A stretch of DNA of 64,000 nt from a bacterium (lineage in GTDB: Bacteria; Bdellovibrionota_C; UBA2361; CALJRW01). A program made the position numbers and the translations under genes. Below are positions 9,279-18,404 of this stretch, piece by piece. The stretch's first letter is position 1. Each line of letters opens with the position of its first letter. The stretch lies in the NCBI GenBank assembly GCA_031385045.1, contig JANNBC010000013.1, positions 42,880 to 106,879 on the forward strand, read 5' to 3'. Below the pieces are notes generated by a model. That model had not been told where the DNA came from and made no database searches. It worked only from the letters and a program-made list of their open reading frames with translations.

Positions 9279-9988
9279 AATCTAAATGTGAGATAAGCAG
9301 CAAGGGCTGTAATCCGACGATCAGATTTATTTAAACGATCACTAGTCTCTACAAAGTATCCAACTTCAACTCTTGTTTTTTTATTATCCCAGTAAGGTCC
9401 AAAAAAGATTCGATTGCGATCGTAGCCAGACTTAACACTTGGCTTAACGGCATTTAGATTATAAAAATATTCATCATAAGCTGTTAAACCAACGACTGCT
9501 CCATCAGCCAAATCCATCAGTGGGTGAGAAACTCTAAGTAAATAGCGCAATCGATTAGCCTCTCCGTATACGCCCTCGATATAACGCTCTTCCAGACGTG
9601 CCCGATGATTAATCTGCCAATTACCAAAAGTCTGATCATAAGTTACTTGTTGCCAAATGCGTTGCTCATCATTGAACTTATGGTTATACGCCGAATCCAT
9701 AAAAAGCGGTGTCCAGGCATACCCTAACCATAAAACAAGATTTGGCGCTAAGGCATAACCAACGGCCGGGCGAACTAATAAGCGCTCAGGATAACTAACA
9801 TTGTCTCCAATCCTAGGTTGTAACTCTGCTGACCAACGCCAGTTAGAGCCTTCCTGAAACTTACCATTGGCCATAAAAGCTGACCAAAGCTGTGTATCAT
9901 TCTCTGCCGACGCTAAGCTACAAAAGCAAATGAACTGTAGAGCTAAAAAATAGCTAAAAAATAATTTTTGATAATTTTTTGTAAACAT
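9275..9988 (-). CDS. DUF2490 family outer-membrane beta-barrel protein
   Basis: Signal peptide, EQRIWQQ, HRARLEER, NRLRY and DRNRIFFG motifs, terminal Phe. Confidence 0.85.
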   Translation of the reverse strand: MFTKNYQKLFFSYFLALQFICFCSLASAENDTQLWSAFMANGKFQEGSNWRWSAELQPRIGDNVSYPERLLVRPAVGYALAPNLVLWLGYAWTPLFMDSAYNHKFNDEQRIWQQVTYDQTFGNWQINHRARLEERYIEGVYGEANRLRYLLRVSHPLMDLADGAVVGLTAYDEYFYNLNAVKPSVKSGYDRNRIFFGPYWDNKKTRVEVGYFVETSDRLNKSDRRITALAAYLTFRF

Positions 9989-9999
9989 AAGTTTTACCC

Positions 10000-11289
10000 T
10001 TAAACTATATAATTATAAATCTTGAGTATTAGATCTGGCCCTAAGCCATTTACTAAAACAATAAAAATTAAAATAATTAGCGCCAGCTTTTCACGCAATT
10101 TTGGTTGAAATATTTTATTATAAATTTGTAATGGATTTCCATAAAATGAATCTCCAAAAATTCGAAAGCAAGAATATCCATTTAAGGCTAAAGCAAAAAC
10201 AAAGCACCCCGCCACCAACCAGTATTCCTGACTTAGATTATGAAGTAGAATTTCGATACTCATAAATCCTAACGTCCCAGGAAATCCAATTAAGGATAAA
10301 ACACAGAAAAGAAAAGAAAGACCAAATACCGGAAATGAGATCGCCAGGCCTGTTGCGGAATCTAAATTTTCTGGACCAATTCGATCTCGAAGCATAGCAA
10401 TAATAATCACTAAACTACTAATGCAAATGGAAGTATTAAAAAAATCCATAATCGAATGAATTTCGGAACCATGCTGCACCAACAGACCATTTAAAATAAA
10501 GAGCGGGACGTGCCACTGATAAAGGGAAGAAGCAATCCCACTCAACTTCCGCTCTCCAAATAAAATCAAAGCAGAATATAATAAATTAGCGGTTAGCATG
10601 ATTAAAATAATCTTTGGATATAAATGAAAGGCTGTAGTCATTAAAAAACCAAACTTGCACCAGAATACAAAACCAATATTCAAACGAATAATTGCCGCCA
10701 AGCCATATCTAGTTGGTGCTAAGAAAATTGGCTTAACCCAAAAATGAAACGGGAAAATTCCTACCATTAATGCCAAACTTAGGATGCCTAGAATAATTGT
10801 TGTTAGAGTTAAATGACTGGCAGAAGTCTGTAGCTGGCTAATAGTAAATAGACCATTAAAGACAGTCAGATTAACTAACAGCAAACTAAGTAAGCCAATG
10901 GCAATTAATGAAAAGCCACTAAATACTAAAAAGTAATGACTCTGCTTAATAGTTTGATAAACATCTTGTCGGCTAATTCGGATATGAAGTAACAGAGCGC
11001 AGGTAATAAAAAATATAAACAGCAGAAGACTGTCTGTTAATAAGCAAAAATTGATTAACAATTGCAGACAAAACCAACTATGCGAGAAGCGAAATTTAAA
11101 GATCCTAGAACCAAACGCTGAATAGACCAGTGTCAACATCAAATTAAAGATCACTCCACAGAAGAGAGTTGGAGTCTGCAAAACTGCTTCCGAAATAAGT
11201 CCTAAATCTGTAGCATTTGGATTACTAAATAACCAAACAAATAATGCCAAAAAGCAAATGCTGATTAAGGTATATAAATTTCTAATCAT
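10000..11289 (-). CDS. NuoM/MrpD-like proton-translocating membrane subunit
   Basis: GIFPFHFW and LIGFPGTLGF..E antiporter-like motifs; co-oriented with dabB and dabA. Confidence 0.8.
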   Translation of the reverse strand: MIRNLYTLISICFLALFVWLFSNPNATDLGLISEAVLQTPTLFCGVIFNLMLTLVYSAFGSRIFKFRFSHSWFCLQLLINFCLLTDSLLLFIFFITCALLLHIRISRQDVYQTIKQSHYFLVFSGFSLIAIGLLSLLLVNLTVFNGLFTISQLQTSASHLTLTTIILGILSLALMVGIFPFHFWVKPIFLAPTRYGLAAIIRLNIGFVFWCKFGFLMTTAFHLYPKIILIMLTANLLYSALILFGERKLSGIASSLYQWHVPLFILNGLLVQHGSEIHSIMDFFNTSICISSLVIIIAMLRDRIGPENLDSATGLAISFPVFGLSFLFCVLSLIGFPGTLGFMSIEILLHNLSQEYWLVAGCFVFALALNGYSCFRIFGDSFYGNPLQIYNKIFQPKLREKLALIILIFIVLVNGLGPDLILKIYNYIV

Positions 11290-11293
11290 TGCC

Positions 11294-12619
11294 TTACTTA
11301 TGAATATTAAATTTTAGGAAGCGATAAAAAACTTTCTCAAACAAATGAAAAAGATATTCATTACAACGAAGATCAAAATATCTAAGCCCAGTAGAAGTTT
11401 TCTCAAGTAGATTTAAGACACTCCATTTATCAGAAAAACTGGAGTAGTTCTCCCAAAAAACATAAGCATAGATTTTCTGCCAAAAAGTATTCCGCGCTGG
11501 AACCTTCTTCGGCTGATACTGACCAATTGTATGCTGAAAAGCTTGATGATCATGCAGGAGTGAAGCAGCATTAAGCAGTTGGTATGTTCGCAGCAGTGCA
11601 TGACCAATAAAGTGTACTAAAACAATTGTCGTCCAGCCAAATCCAATCTCGATAAACATTACTCCTACCTGTGTCATGGCCGAAAATGCTAGCGTGCTTT
11701 TAGCATCACTTTGGATTTTGGCTAAAATCGATCCGTACAACACGGTTGTTAAGCCAACTAAAACTAACAAAACGGCAAACCAGACTGGACGACCAAGGCT
11801 TTCTGTAATCCTTAGTAGTAAATAAATTCCAGCGTGCACCGATAGACCACCATAAAAAATAGCACTAGATGGGGTGGGACCTTCCATTGCTTTTGGCAAC
11901 CAGTGACCAAAAGGAAACTGTGCCGACTTCCCCATCGCTGAAATCAAACACAAAATTAGGATTAAATTAATTGTTAGTGGCTGTTGAATACCACGCATAT
12001 CTGTAAAACTTAAAATCCCTAAGTTAAGTACAATTAATGAAGCTAATAATAAACCAGTATCAGTAACGCGATATGCCCAAAAAGCCCGTAGGGAATTAGT
12101 AACAGTCTGCTTACGAAATGAGAAGAAGGCAATCAATAGAGCTGAAGTTAATCCTACAATTTCCCAGCCAATAAAAATTCCCGTTAAATTTCCAGACAGG
12201 ACAATTAAATGCATCCCAAAAAGAAAAAAGTGATAAAGGACAAAGAATCTGAAATAACCAAGATCTCGATGCAGATACTTGGAAGCAAACACACCAACAA
12301 TCGCGCCAAGTAAAACATTTAAACTGACAAAGGCTAGCGATAGATAATCAATTAAAAACTTAATCGAAATAGATTCCTGTCCAAAGTTTAGCAAATCAAT
12401 ACTAAGAAATTGCAGCTGTGAGTGACTATCTAATAAGAAGCGAAACCAAACAACACTGAGTGCAATGAACGATAAGGATTGAGAATAAAGAATAGTCTTA
12501 ATAACTAATTTTTCACTAACCCTTCTCTGCACCAAGCGATCAATGACAATCACCAAAAGCGATAGAACTGGTAAAATAAAAATCAGCTGTGCTGCTAACT
12601 GTGAAATTAATTTAATCAT
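11294..12619 (-). CDS. dabB: DabB/NuoL-like proton-translocating subunit of the DAB inorganic carbon transporter
   Basis: FIGWEIVG, KSAQFPFGHWLPKAMEGPTPSSAIFYG; directly downstream of dabA. Confidence 0.88.
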   Translation of the reverse strand: MIKLISQLAAQLIFILPVLSLLVIVIDRLVQRRVSEKLVIKTILYSQSLSFIALSVVWFRFLLDSHSQLQFLSIDLLNFGQESISIKFLIDYLSLAFVSLNVLLGAIVGVFASKYLHRDLGYFRFFVLYHFFLFGMHLIVLSGNLTGIFIGWEIVGLTSALLIAFFSFRKQTVTNSLRAFWAYRVTDTGLLLASLIVLNLGILSFTDMRGIQQPLTINLILILCLISAMGKSAQFPFGHWLPKAMEGPTPSSAIFYGGLSVHAGIYLLLRITESLGRPVWFAVLLVLVGLTTVLYGSILAKIQSDAKSTLAFSAMTQVGVMFIEIGFGWTTIVLVHFIGHALLRTYQLLNAASLLHDHQAFQHTIGQYQPKKVPARNTFWQKIYAYVFWENYSSFSDKWSVLNLLEKTSTGLRYFDLRCNEYLFHLFEKVFYRFLKFNIHK

Positions 12620-12624
12620 GACTA

Positions 12625-15555
12625 CTACCTAATCCTTAAGAAATCTAAATTATCAGTTCTGGTAATAATCTTTTCTAAATAATTGTTACTAATTGGTAGG
12701 GTAATTAAATCAACTGGCTTCTCTCTAAAATTACCGTTAACATCATACTCTAAGAAAGTATTACTTAACTTATCCCAACAAACCAACCTCACCCAGTGCC
12801 CCCCAACCATTCGGCGAACCGTTGGGTCAGACTGAATTGCTTTTTGTAACTGTTCCAGCTGACAGCTAACAACCATTAGCAACCTAACTGGCTCGTGAAT
12901 CTCAATCATTTGCTGTGGAAGTCCTGTTCGTAAATCACTACAAGTTCCATTCATTAAGCCCAACATGGAAACAATATTATGTGGTAGTTTCGATCCAGCT
13001 CCGTAAACTTCGTTATCAAGTGCTGAGAAGAAATATTCTAAGTTAATCCCACCACATACTGGAACAATCGCACGCATTATACCTGCTAGGATTTGTGCCT
13101 CAGCATCCTGAGTAGAATCATAAGAAACTAAGAATGATCTTCGATCAAAGAATAGATTTTTTGTTTCCTCTCTTTTACCAACAAAGCACAAAGCATTTCC
13201 AGCATGCCCATATTCTGGCCGAGGCTCTGATAGAGTTTGAGACCGGGAATTCACTTCCTTAAAAGCAGCTAGTGGAGTTCGTACTGAAATTTGAGCAAAA
13301 CGTCGACAACGCTCTAAGGAATTATTCTGACAGGCCTGGACCATCAAATTTTTGATATCTGAAAATAGTTCTTGATGAGAGTCAGGAAGTAAATCTAGAT
13401 CATAGTACTGAATCTGGTCATTACATGTATTGTGATAAGCACCAATACAAAGAGTATCTTCTGGGATGATAATCCCAAAGCGATCCCGTAAGATTCTTCG
13501 AACAATTGGCTTATTAAACATCATCGCAATCACGCGCGCATTCATTCGCCCTGGCCTACCACCGCAAGCTCCACAATCATACGCCGAGCGCAGGGGATTA
13601 TTACGACTAGAAGATCCATGTCCATAAAAGACAACTAATCTACTAAAACCTTTAATCAGTCCAATTGTTTTTAAAACATTTGCGACACGCTCAGCCATTT
13701 CACCTTCGGTATAACCAAGAGTCTGATCATCTGCCTCTTCTAGGGAAGATATTTCAATTTCTAAATCTGAAAGTTCGGTTGTAAGCGATCCATCTAAATC
13801 AAAGAACTTACTAAAAGGTTTTCTGAGACGCGGAAAAAGAATACTAAAGAGCATCGGAAACAAAGAAAATATTCCGATAATTGTCATCAACCAGCCATGT
13901 AAAATTGAACCAGAGAAACGAGTTAAATAATTATTGAAATACAGATTAACAAATTGTCTTTTTTGCAGATTAAGTAAGCGATGACTGGCATCATCTTTTG
14001 GTTTTTGACGAACGATATGTGTTGGCTTAATTACAATTGGACAATATGGAGCATGTTCACCACTCATTGACTCATAAATAGCATCAATCCCAAAAAATCC
14101 AGCTGTCCCAAAAGTTTTGATTGCTGGATTTAAGATCTCTAAATGCCGGCGGATTGACTCTTCCCGATCATCTAAACAAAAAACCATTTGTGCTAGTGCA
14201 TCTGTTTCTGGAATTGAATTATTAACATTAGATTTTAACGTTTTTAACGCTCGCTGATAAAGATTTTCTTCGTATGCTAAATGTAGAATTCTCTGTCTTT
14301 TAATTTTTGGATAAACTAAAATCTGCTCAAGCAGATTTTCAAAATAATCCTGATTAGCAAAAACTGATAAGATATCTTTAGTATCTAAAACAACAGTGAA
14401 TAAGTGATAAGCCAAGAAGAAAAGCTGATCGATTCGGCTCAGTGCCGCGCGGTTGGGTAGCTGTTGCTGAAGTAACAGTTCGCTAGAGCAAGATTTTCTA
14501 GCTAAATCTGATAACAGAATTCTTAAAGTCACATATTCCAATAAACTTGGTTTAATTTCTTGAGTTAATTCATGTAAATATTCTGGATTTTTCTCTGCAG
14601 AACAAATAAACCCAGCCCAACCCTTAAGCGCTAGGACTTCGCTAAAAATTAACTCCTTGGCTTCACTTGAAGTTAATTCTTTTTTAGCCAATATTTCTAG
14701 TAATAAATCCTGCGGCTCAACTCCACGGTAATAAGCAATATCTTTAGTAATCGGAGTTAGCCACTCTGGTAAGTATAGGTCTGACTTCTCCACAAGTGCG
14801 TAGAAAGATTTTAAAATACCCACGGAGCGATTCGGCATCGAGATCGTAGCTTGTCCCAGATCTAGGTACTCTTCACAAAATCTAATCAAAAATGGATCAA
14901 CTTTTTCCCTAACAATGGAGTCTTTATCAGCAAATTCAGAATGATAAGAAAGTTGCTTTGCAGCCACAGCCAGCAGACATCTTGTCCAGAGAGCCTCTTT
15001 GACTATTTCGCTTGGTATATTATTTTTTAATGTTGCCTCAACTAAATTTCGTAATCCAATAGCAGCCTGCCGATTAATTTTTTCAAGGAATTTTGTTTCC
15101 GCCTGAAAAGTTTCTGAAGACACCCAAGTTTTAGCGTGGCTCACAACTTCAGAACTTACAGGTAAATGTAAATCTGATTCTCGTAGCAACCATTTAATTT
15201 GCTGAAAAGTTTTTGCTTCAGGAGTATTAACTAAAATACTTTTGATCAACACTAGGTTCTCTGGATCAACATTGGCATCATTTAAAACATAGTCCAAATC
15301 ACTAGCAGAAATTCTTCCTTGTCGATAAAAATCAATATATTGATTTTCATCAAGATAAGCACGGGCATCAAAAATTCGCGCGCCTTCTTCTAAAGCTTCA
15401 AAGAATGATAAGTGCTCTAGTCCATGTAAAGTATTGTGATGGATGAAAACATCAATCGGCCCTTGGCTCGGTAACAATTCAGATAATTCTTCTAGGATCT
15501 GAGCAATAGTCTCAGAGCTTAGCTCCTCGTTTTTGTGATGAAATGGCATTAACAT
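12625..15555 (-). CDS. dabA: DabA (DUF2309), beta-carbonic-anhydrase-like subunit of the DAB transporter
   Basis: LPSQGPI..FIHHNTLH, FCLDDREES, GHGS and CGACGG zinc-ligand motifs, RPEYGHA. Likely start is ATG 15555 or 15549 rather than TTG 15618. Confidence 0.93.
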   Translation of the reverse strand: MLMPFHHKNEELSSETIAQILEELSELLPSQGPIDVFIHHNTLHGLEHLSFFEALEEGARIFDARAYLDENQYIDFYRQGRISASDLDYVLNDANVDPENLVLIKSILVNTPEAKTFQQIKWLLRESDLHLPVSSEVVSHAKTWVSSETFQAETKFLEKINRQAAIGLRNLVEATLKNNIPSEIVKEALWTRCLLAVAAKQLSYHSEFADKDSIVREKVDPFLIRFCEEYLDLGQATISMPNRSVGILKSFYALVEKSDLYLPEWLTPITKDIAYYRGVEPQDLLLEILAKKELTSSEAKELIFSEVLALKGWAGFICSAEKNPEYLHELTQEIKPSLLEYVTLRILLSDLARKSCSSELLLQQQLPNRAALSRIDQLFFLAYHLFTVVLDTKDILSVFANQDYFENLLEQILVYPKIKRQRILHLAYEENLYQRALKTLKSNVNNSIPETDALAQMVFCLDDREESIRRHLEILNPAIKTFGTAGFFGIDAIYESMSGEHAPYCPIVIKPTHIVRQKPKDDASHRLLNLQKRQFVNLYFNNYLTRFSGSILHGWLMTIIGIFSLFPMLFSILFPRLRKPFSKFFDLDGSLTTELSDLEIEISSLEEADDQTLGYTEGEMAERVANVLKTIGLIKGFSRLVVFYGHGSSSRNNPLRSAYDCGACGGRPGRMNARVIAMMFNKPIVRRILRDRFGIIIPEDTLCIGAYHNTCNDQIQYYDLDLLPDSHQELFSDIKNLMVQACQNNSLERCRRFAQISVRTPLAAFKEVNSRSQTLSEPRPEYGHAGNALCFVGKREETKNLFFDRRSFLVSYDSTQDAEAQILAGIMRAIVPVCGGINLEYFFSALDNEVYGAGSKLPHNIVSMLGLMNGTCSDLRTGLPQQMIEIHEPVRLLMVVSCQLEQLQKAIQSDPTVRRMVGGHWVRLVCWDKLSNTFLEYDVNGNFREKPVDLITLPISNNYLEKIITRTDNLDFLRIR

Positions 15556-15600
15556 AAATTTGTATATAATCTGATTAAGGGCAAGACTGTAAGTCAAAGG

Positions 15601-15641
15601 TTTAGTGACTAAATGCAATTTATAAACATTTAGTCACTAAA
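15601..15641. promoter_or_regulatory. Perfect 15-bp inverted repeat between sulP and dabA (terminator or operator)
   Basis: TTTAGTGACTAAATG-N11-CATTTAGTCACTAAA; each arm contains the near-palindrome TTTAGT-N-ACTAAA. Confidence 0.6.
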
Positions 15642-15660
15642 TTATTATAGATCCTAAAGT

Positions 15661-17196
15661 TTACCCTGCTTTTTGAATCCTAGGGCTTCTGGCGATGTAG
15701 TTATTTAACTCCTGCATAAACTCTTCATCGATAAATGAGCATTGTTGGCAGTCAATTACTACTGATTGATGAATTGTTAAGGCGTTTTCGGCAACTTTTT
15801 TAACTTTTGGAAAGTTTGTAAACATCAACCCTTCAGTAAATGAAATTCGAGCCTGTTCCGAGTCACTCTCAATTACAAATTTTGGAGAGAAAACACTCTT
15901 AACAGAACGACACTTTAAACTTTCAAAAACTAAATAAAGTAAGAAGCCTCCAAATACTCCAGCTAGCAAATCAACCCCAACAGTAACAGCAAATGTTACA
16001 AAAAAGACTGCAAATGTGGACTTCCCCTGATGCCAAGCATGCTTCCACTCAGGAATTGAGAAAAGACGATATCCAATCACAATTAAAATTGCAGCTAAAG
16101 CCGCAATTGGTAAATGATTCAAGATACCTGAGAAGAAAACTACAGCGACAAAAAGTAGGCCACCATGAATGAAGTTACTTCGGGAGCTTCTAGCTCCAAA
16201 ATCGATATTTGCTTTACTACGACCGATCTCTGAAATCATTGGAATACCACCAATCAGAGCAGCCAAACTATTAGCAAATCCGATTGCTATCAGATCTTTA
16301 TTTAGATCAGCTTGCTCTTCCGGAGAGCGACTCTTGTTGATTGCCTTTACTGTTAACAAAGATTCGATACATCCGATTACTGAGAACAAAAAGATAAACT
16401 TCCAAGCAGTAAAGGTTGTTAGCGCACTCCAATTTGGAGTAACAAACCCTTGGGAAAGTGAATCTGGCAAATGAATCAAGAAGGAATCATTTAACTGATA
16501 GCTAGCACCAAAGAATTGATATGAGTGGCTTTCACCCAAAGCAAACATAAAACTAGCTGTAATTGCTAAAAGCAACACGACCAAAGCACCAGGAATCTTA
16601 AAATACTTTTTTAACTTTGGATTTAAGGAACAAACCATAACAGCAAGACTGACCAAGCCAATTATAGAAATTAATGGATTAGCTAAATGTAAGCTTTGGA
16701 AGAGATTACTGATTAACTCTAGAGGAGAATGACCGACGGCCTTCATCCCTAGTAAAAAGTAAGTCTGCTTTGCCATCACAATTAATCCGATAGCAGAAAT
16801 CATGCCATGGACAACGGAAGCAGGAATGTAATCAATTAATTTTCCTAGCTTAAAGTAACCCATCATCACCTGGAATAAACCTGAAATGAGAGCCACTGCT
16901 AAAACAGCACGATAGCCAGCTAGTAGGTCACCACCAGCACCTAACTCGGTAACGCCTGCTAGAACAATAACAATTAGTCCCGCCGGAGCACCTTTAATTG
17001 AGAACTTAGCTCCACCAATAAACCCTGTTAAGAGGCCACCAATAATTGAGGTAATAATACCTGCAATTGGCGGACAACCACTAGCCACGGCAATCGCCAT
17101 ACATAAAGGGAGAGTAATGAGAAAAACTAAAAAACCTGAGTTCAGATCCTTTACCATGTCACCGGAGCGACATTTAGAAAAAGTTGGAAAATGCAT
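15661..17196 (-). CDS. sulP: SulP/SLC26 family anion (probably bicarbonate) transporter
   Basis: DLNSGFLVFLITLPLCMAIAVASG, GGIPMISEIGRSKANI, C-terminal STAS-like domain. Confidence 0.92.
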   Translation of the reverse strand: MHFPTFSKCRSGDMVKDLNSGFLVFLITLPLCMAIAVASGCPPIAGIITSIIGGLLTGFIGGAKFSIKGAPAGLIVIVLAGVTELGAGGDLLAGYRAVLAVALISGLFQVMMGYFKLGKLIDYIPASVVHGMISAIGLIVMAKQTYFLLGMKAVGHSPLELISNLFQSLHLANPLISIIGLVSLAVMVCSLNPKLKKYFKIPGALVVLLLAITASFMFALGESHSYQFFGASYQLNDSFLIHLPDSLSQGFVTPNWSALTTFTAWKFIFLFSVIGCIESLLTVKAINKSRSPEEQADLNKDLIAIGFANSLAALIGGIPMISEIGRSKANIDFGARSSRSNFIHGGLLFVAVVFFSGILNHLPIAALAAILIVIGYRLFSIPEWKHAWHQGKSTFAVFFVTFAVTVGVDLLAGVFGGFLLYLVFESLKCRSVKSVFSPKFVIESDSEQARISFTEGLMFTNFPKVKKVAENALTIHQSVVIDCQQCSFIDEEFMQELNNYIARSPRIQKAG

Positions 17197-17250
17197 ATAA
17201 AAATATTTTGTTAAAGTTACTTATTAATTTCGATAGAAGACGCAAGAGTA

Positions 17251-17568
17251 TTAAGCTGTGGCAGGAGGCGCGCGTCCGAAATTAGTAACTTGATAACTAC
17301 TAGAAAATAATCTTTTGAATTGATAGCTAGGAATAATCGCGACCAAAGTGCGATTTGTTTGACTTGTAAAATCTTGACCTGCAATAATAAACTTCAGCAA
17401 GTCGATTGCTTGAAAACCATCTAAGTCATCCCGAGACTCAAATTTTTTAATTTCTAAAGTTTTATTGATTGAGCTGTCACAAGAATTGTGAATATCAGCA
17501 ACGGCCTGAACAAAGCCAGTGAAGACAAGAATTGTTAAAAAAAGTTTCCGAAGAAACAAACCACACAT
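17251..17568 (-). CDS. Secreted upstream ORF ending in RAPP, candidate translation-arrest (leader) peptide
   Basis: Signal-peptide-like N-terminus (RKLFLTILVFTGFVQAVA|D), C-terminal GRAPPATA*, 54 nt upstream of sulP. Confidence 0.65.
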   Translation of the reverse strand: MCGLFLRKLFLTILVFTGFVQAVADIHNSCDSSINKTLEIKKFESRDDLDGFQAIDLLKFIIAGQDFTSQTNRTLVAIIPSYQFKRLFSSSYQVTNFGRAPPATA

Positions 17569-18169
17569 AAAAATATTTAGTGCAAAGGAATTTTGATAGC
17601 AAACAAAAACAAAATTTTAGGGCTATCCAGTTTGTATCTTATAGAGGAGGTTTGTTTCTTACACAATGGACTAGTCAATGAATTTCTAAACTAGTAACCC
17701 ACACAAGTTTCCAATAGGCAGACTTAACACCTTAAAATCACTTGCTTTTTAGGCCTAATAGAAAATTTAGGTAAAAATAAAAATTTTCTTTATAAGCTTT
17801 TTGATTAAAATCAGTCCCGATTAAGAAATGTTTAACAAGTACTTATCTCTAATAGCTTTTAATCAGAACTAAAAATTATTAAAAAGTTTTTTAATAATTT
17901 CCATTAAAAAATTTTAAAGATAAAATCAAATCATATTCATTTGGTTAATTTCTCATTGATGTTGAATTATCAGATAAACCTGACGGAAGTTAAATATGTT
18001 AACCCTTTCCGAATAATTAATTTAAAATAACGTCATTGTATTTAATGTTTTTGAGTAGTACTCTTTTTTTGAGATAAAACTCAAATCCGAAAATACATGC
18101 TTATTGTCATGCCAAAGCCTTAGAAATTAACAATGGCTTTTTTACTAATTATATTTTTGTATTAGAACA

Positions 18170-18379
18170 ATGTTAGAAAAAGAATCTCCAAATACGACTA
18201 ACTTAACAGGTGAAGCACTTAGAGAACATCTAGCGAATCACTACAAGAATACGATTGGAACATCCCCAGTCGACCCTGCCGCTACTTTGCCAGCTAGCGG
18301 AAGGCGCTTTGATATTGCTGCTCTAGTTTTGGTTGCCTCTCAACAATGTCTTGAACTTGTAAGCAACCTTCCATTATAA
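18170..18379 (+). CDS. Small hypothetical protein
   Basis: 69-aa ORF with more GC-rich, coding-like composition after an AT-rich intergenic region. Confidence 0.45.
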   Translation: MLEKESPNTTNLTGEALREHLANHYKNTIGTSPVDPAATLPASGRRFDIAALVLVASQQCLELVSNLPL

Positions 18380-18404
18380 GCCTTTGGTTTAATCTGGTTA
18401 CTCG

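Noticed and set aside
10000..12619. NuoL/NuoM-like genes as respiratory complex I or an Mrp antiporter
   Set aside because: No other nuo or mrp genes are present; adjacency to DUF2309 indicates a DAB-type transporter.
15556..15618. N-terminal extension of DabA from TTG 15618
   Set aside because: It overlaps the inverted repeat and looks non-coding; an ATG at 15555 or 15549 is more plausible.
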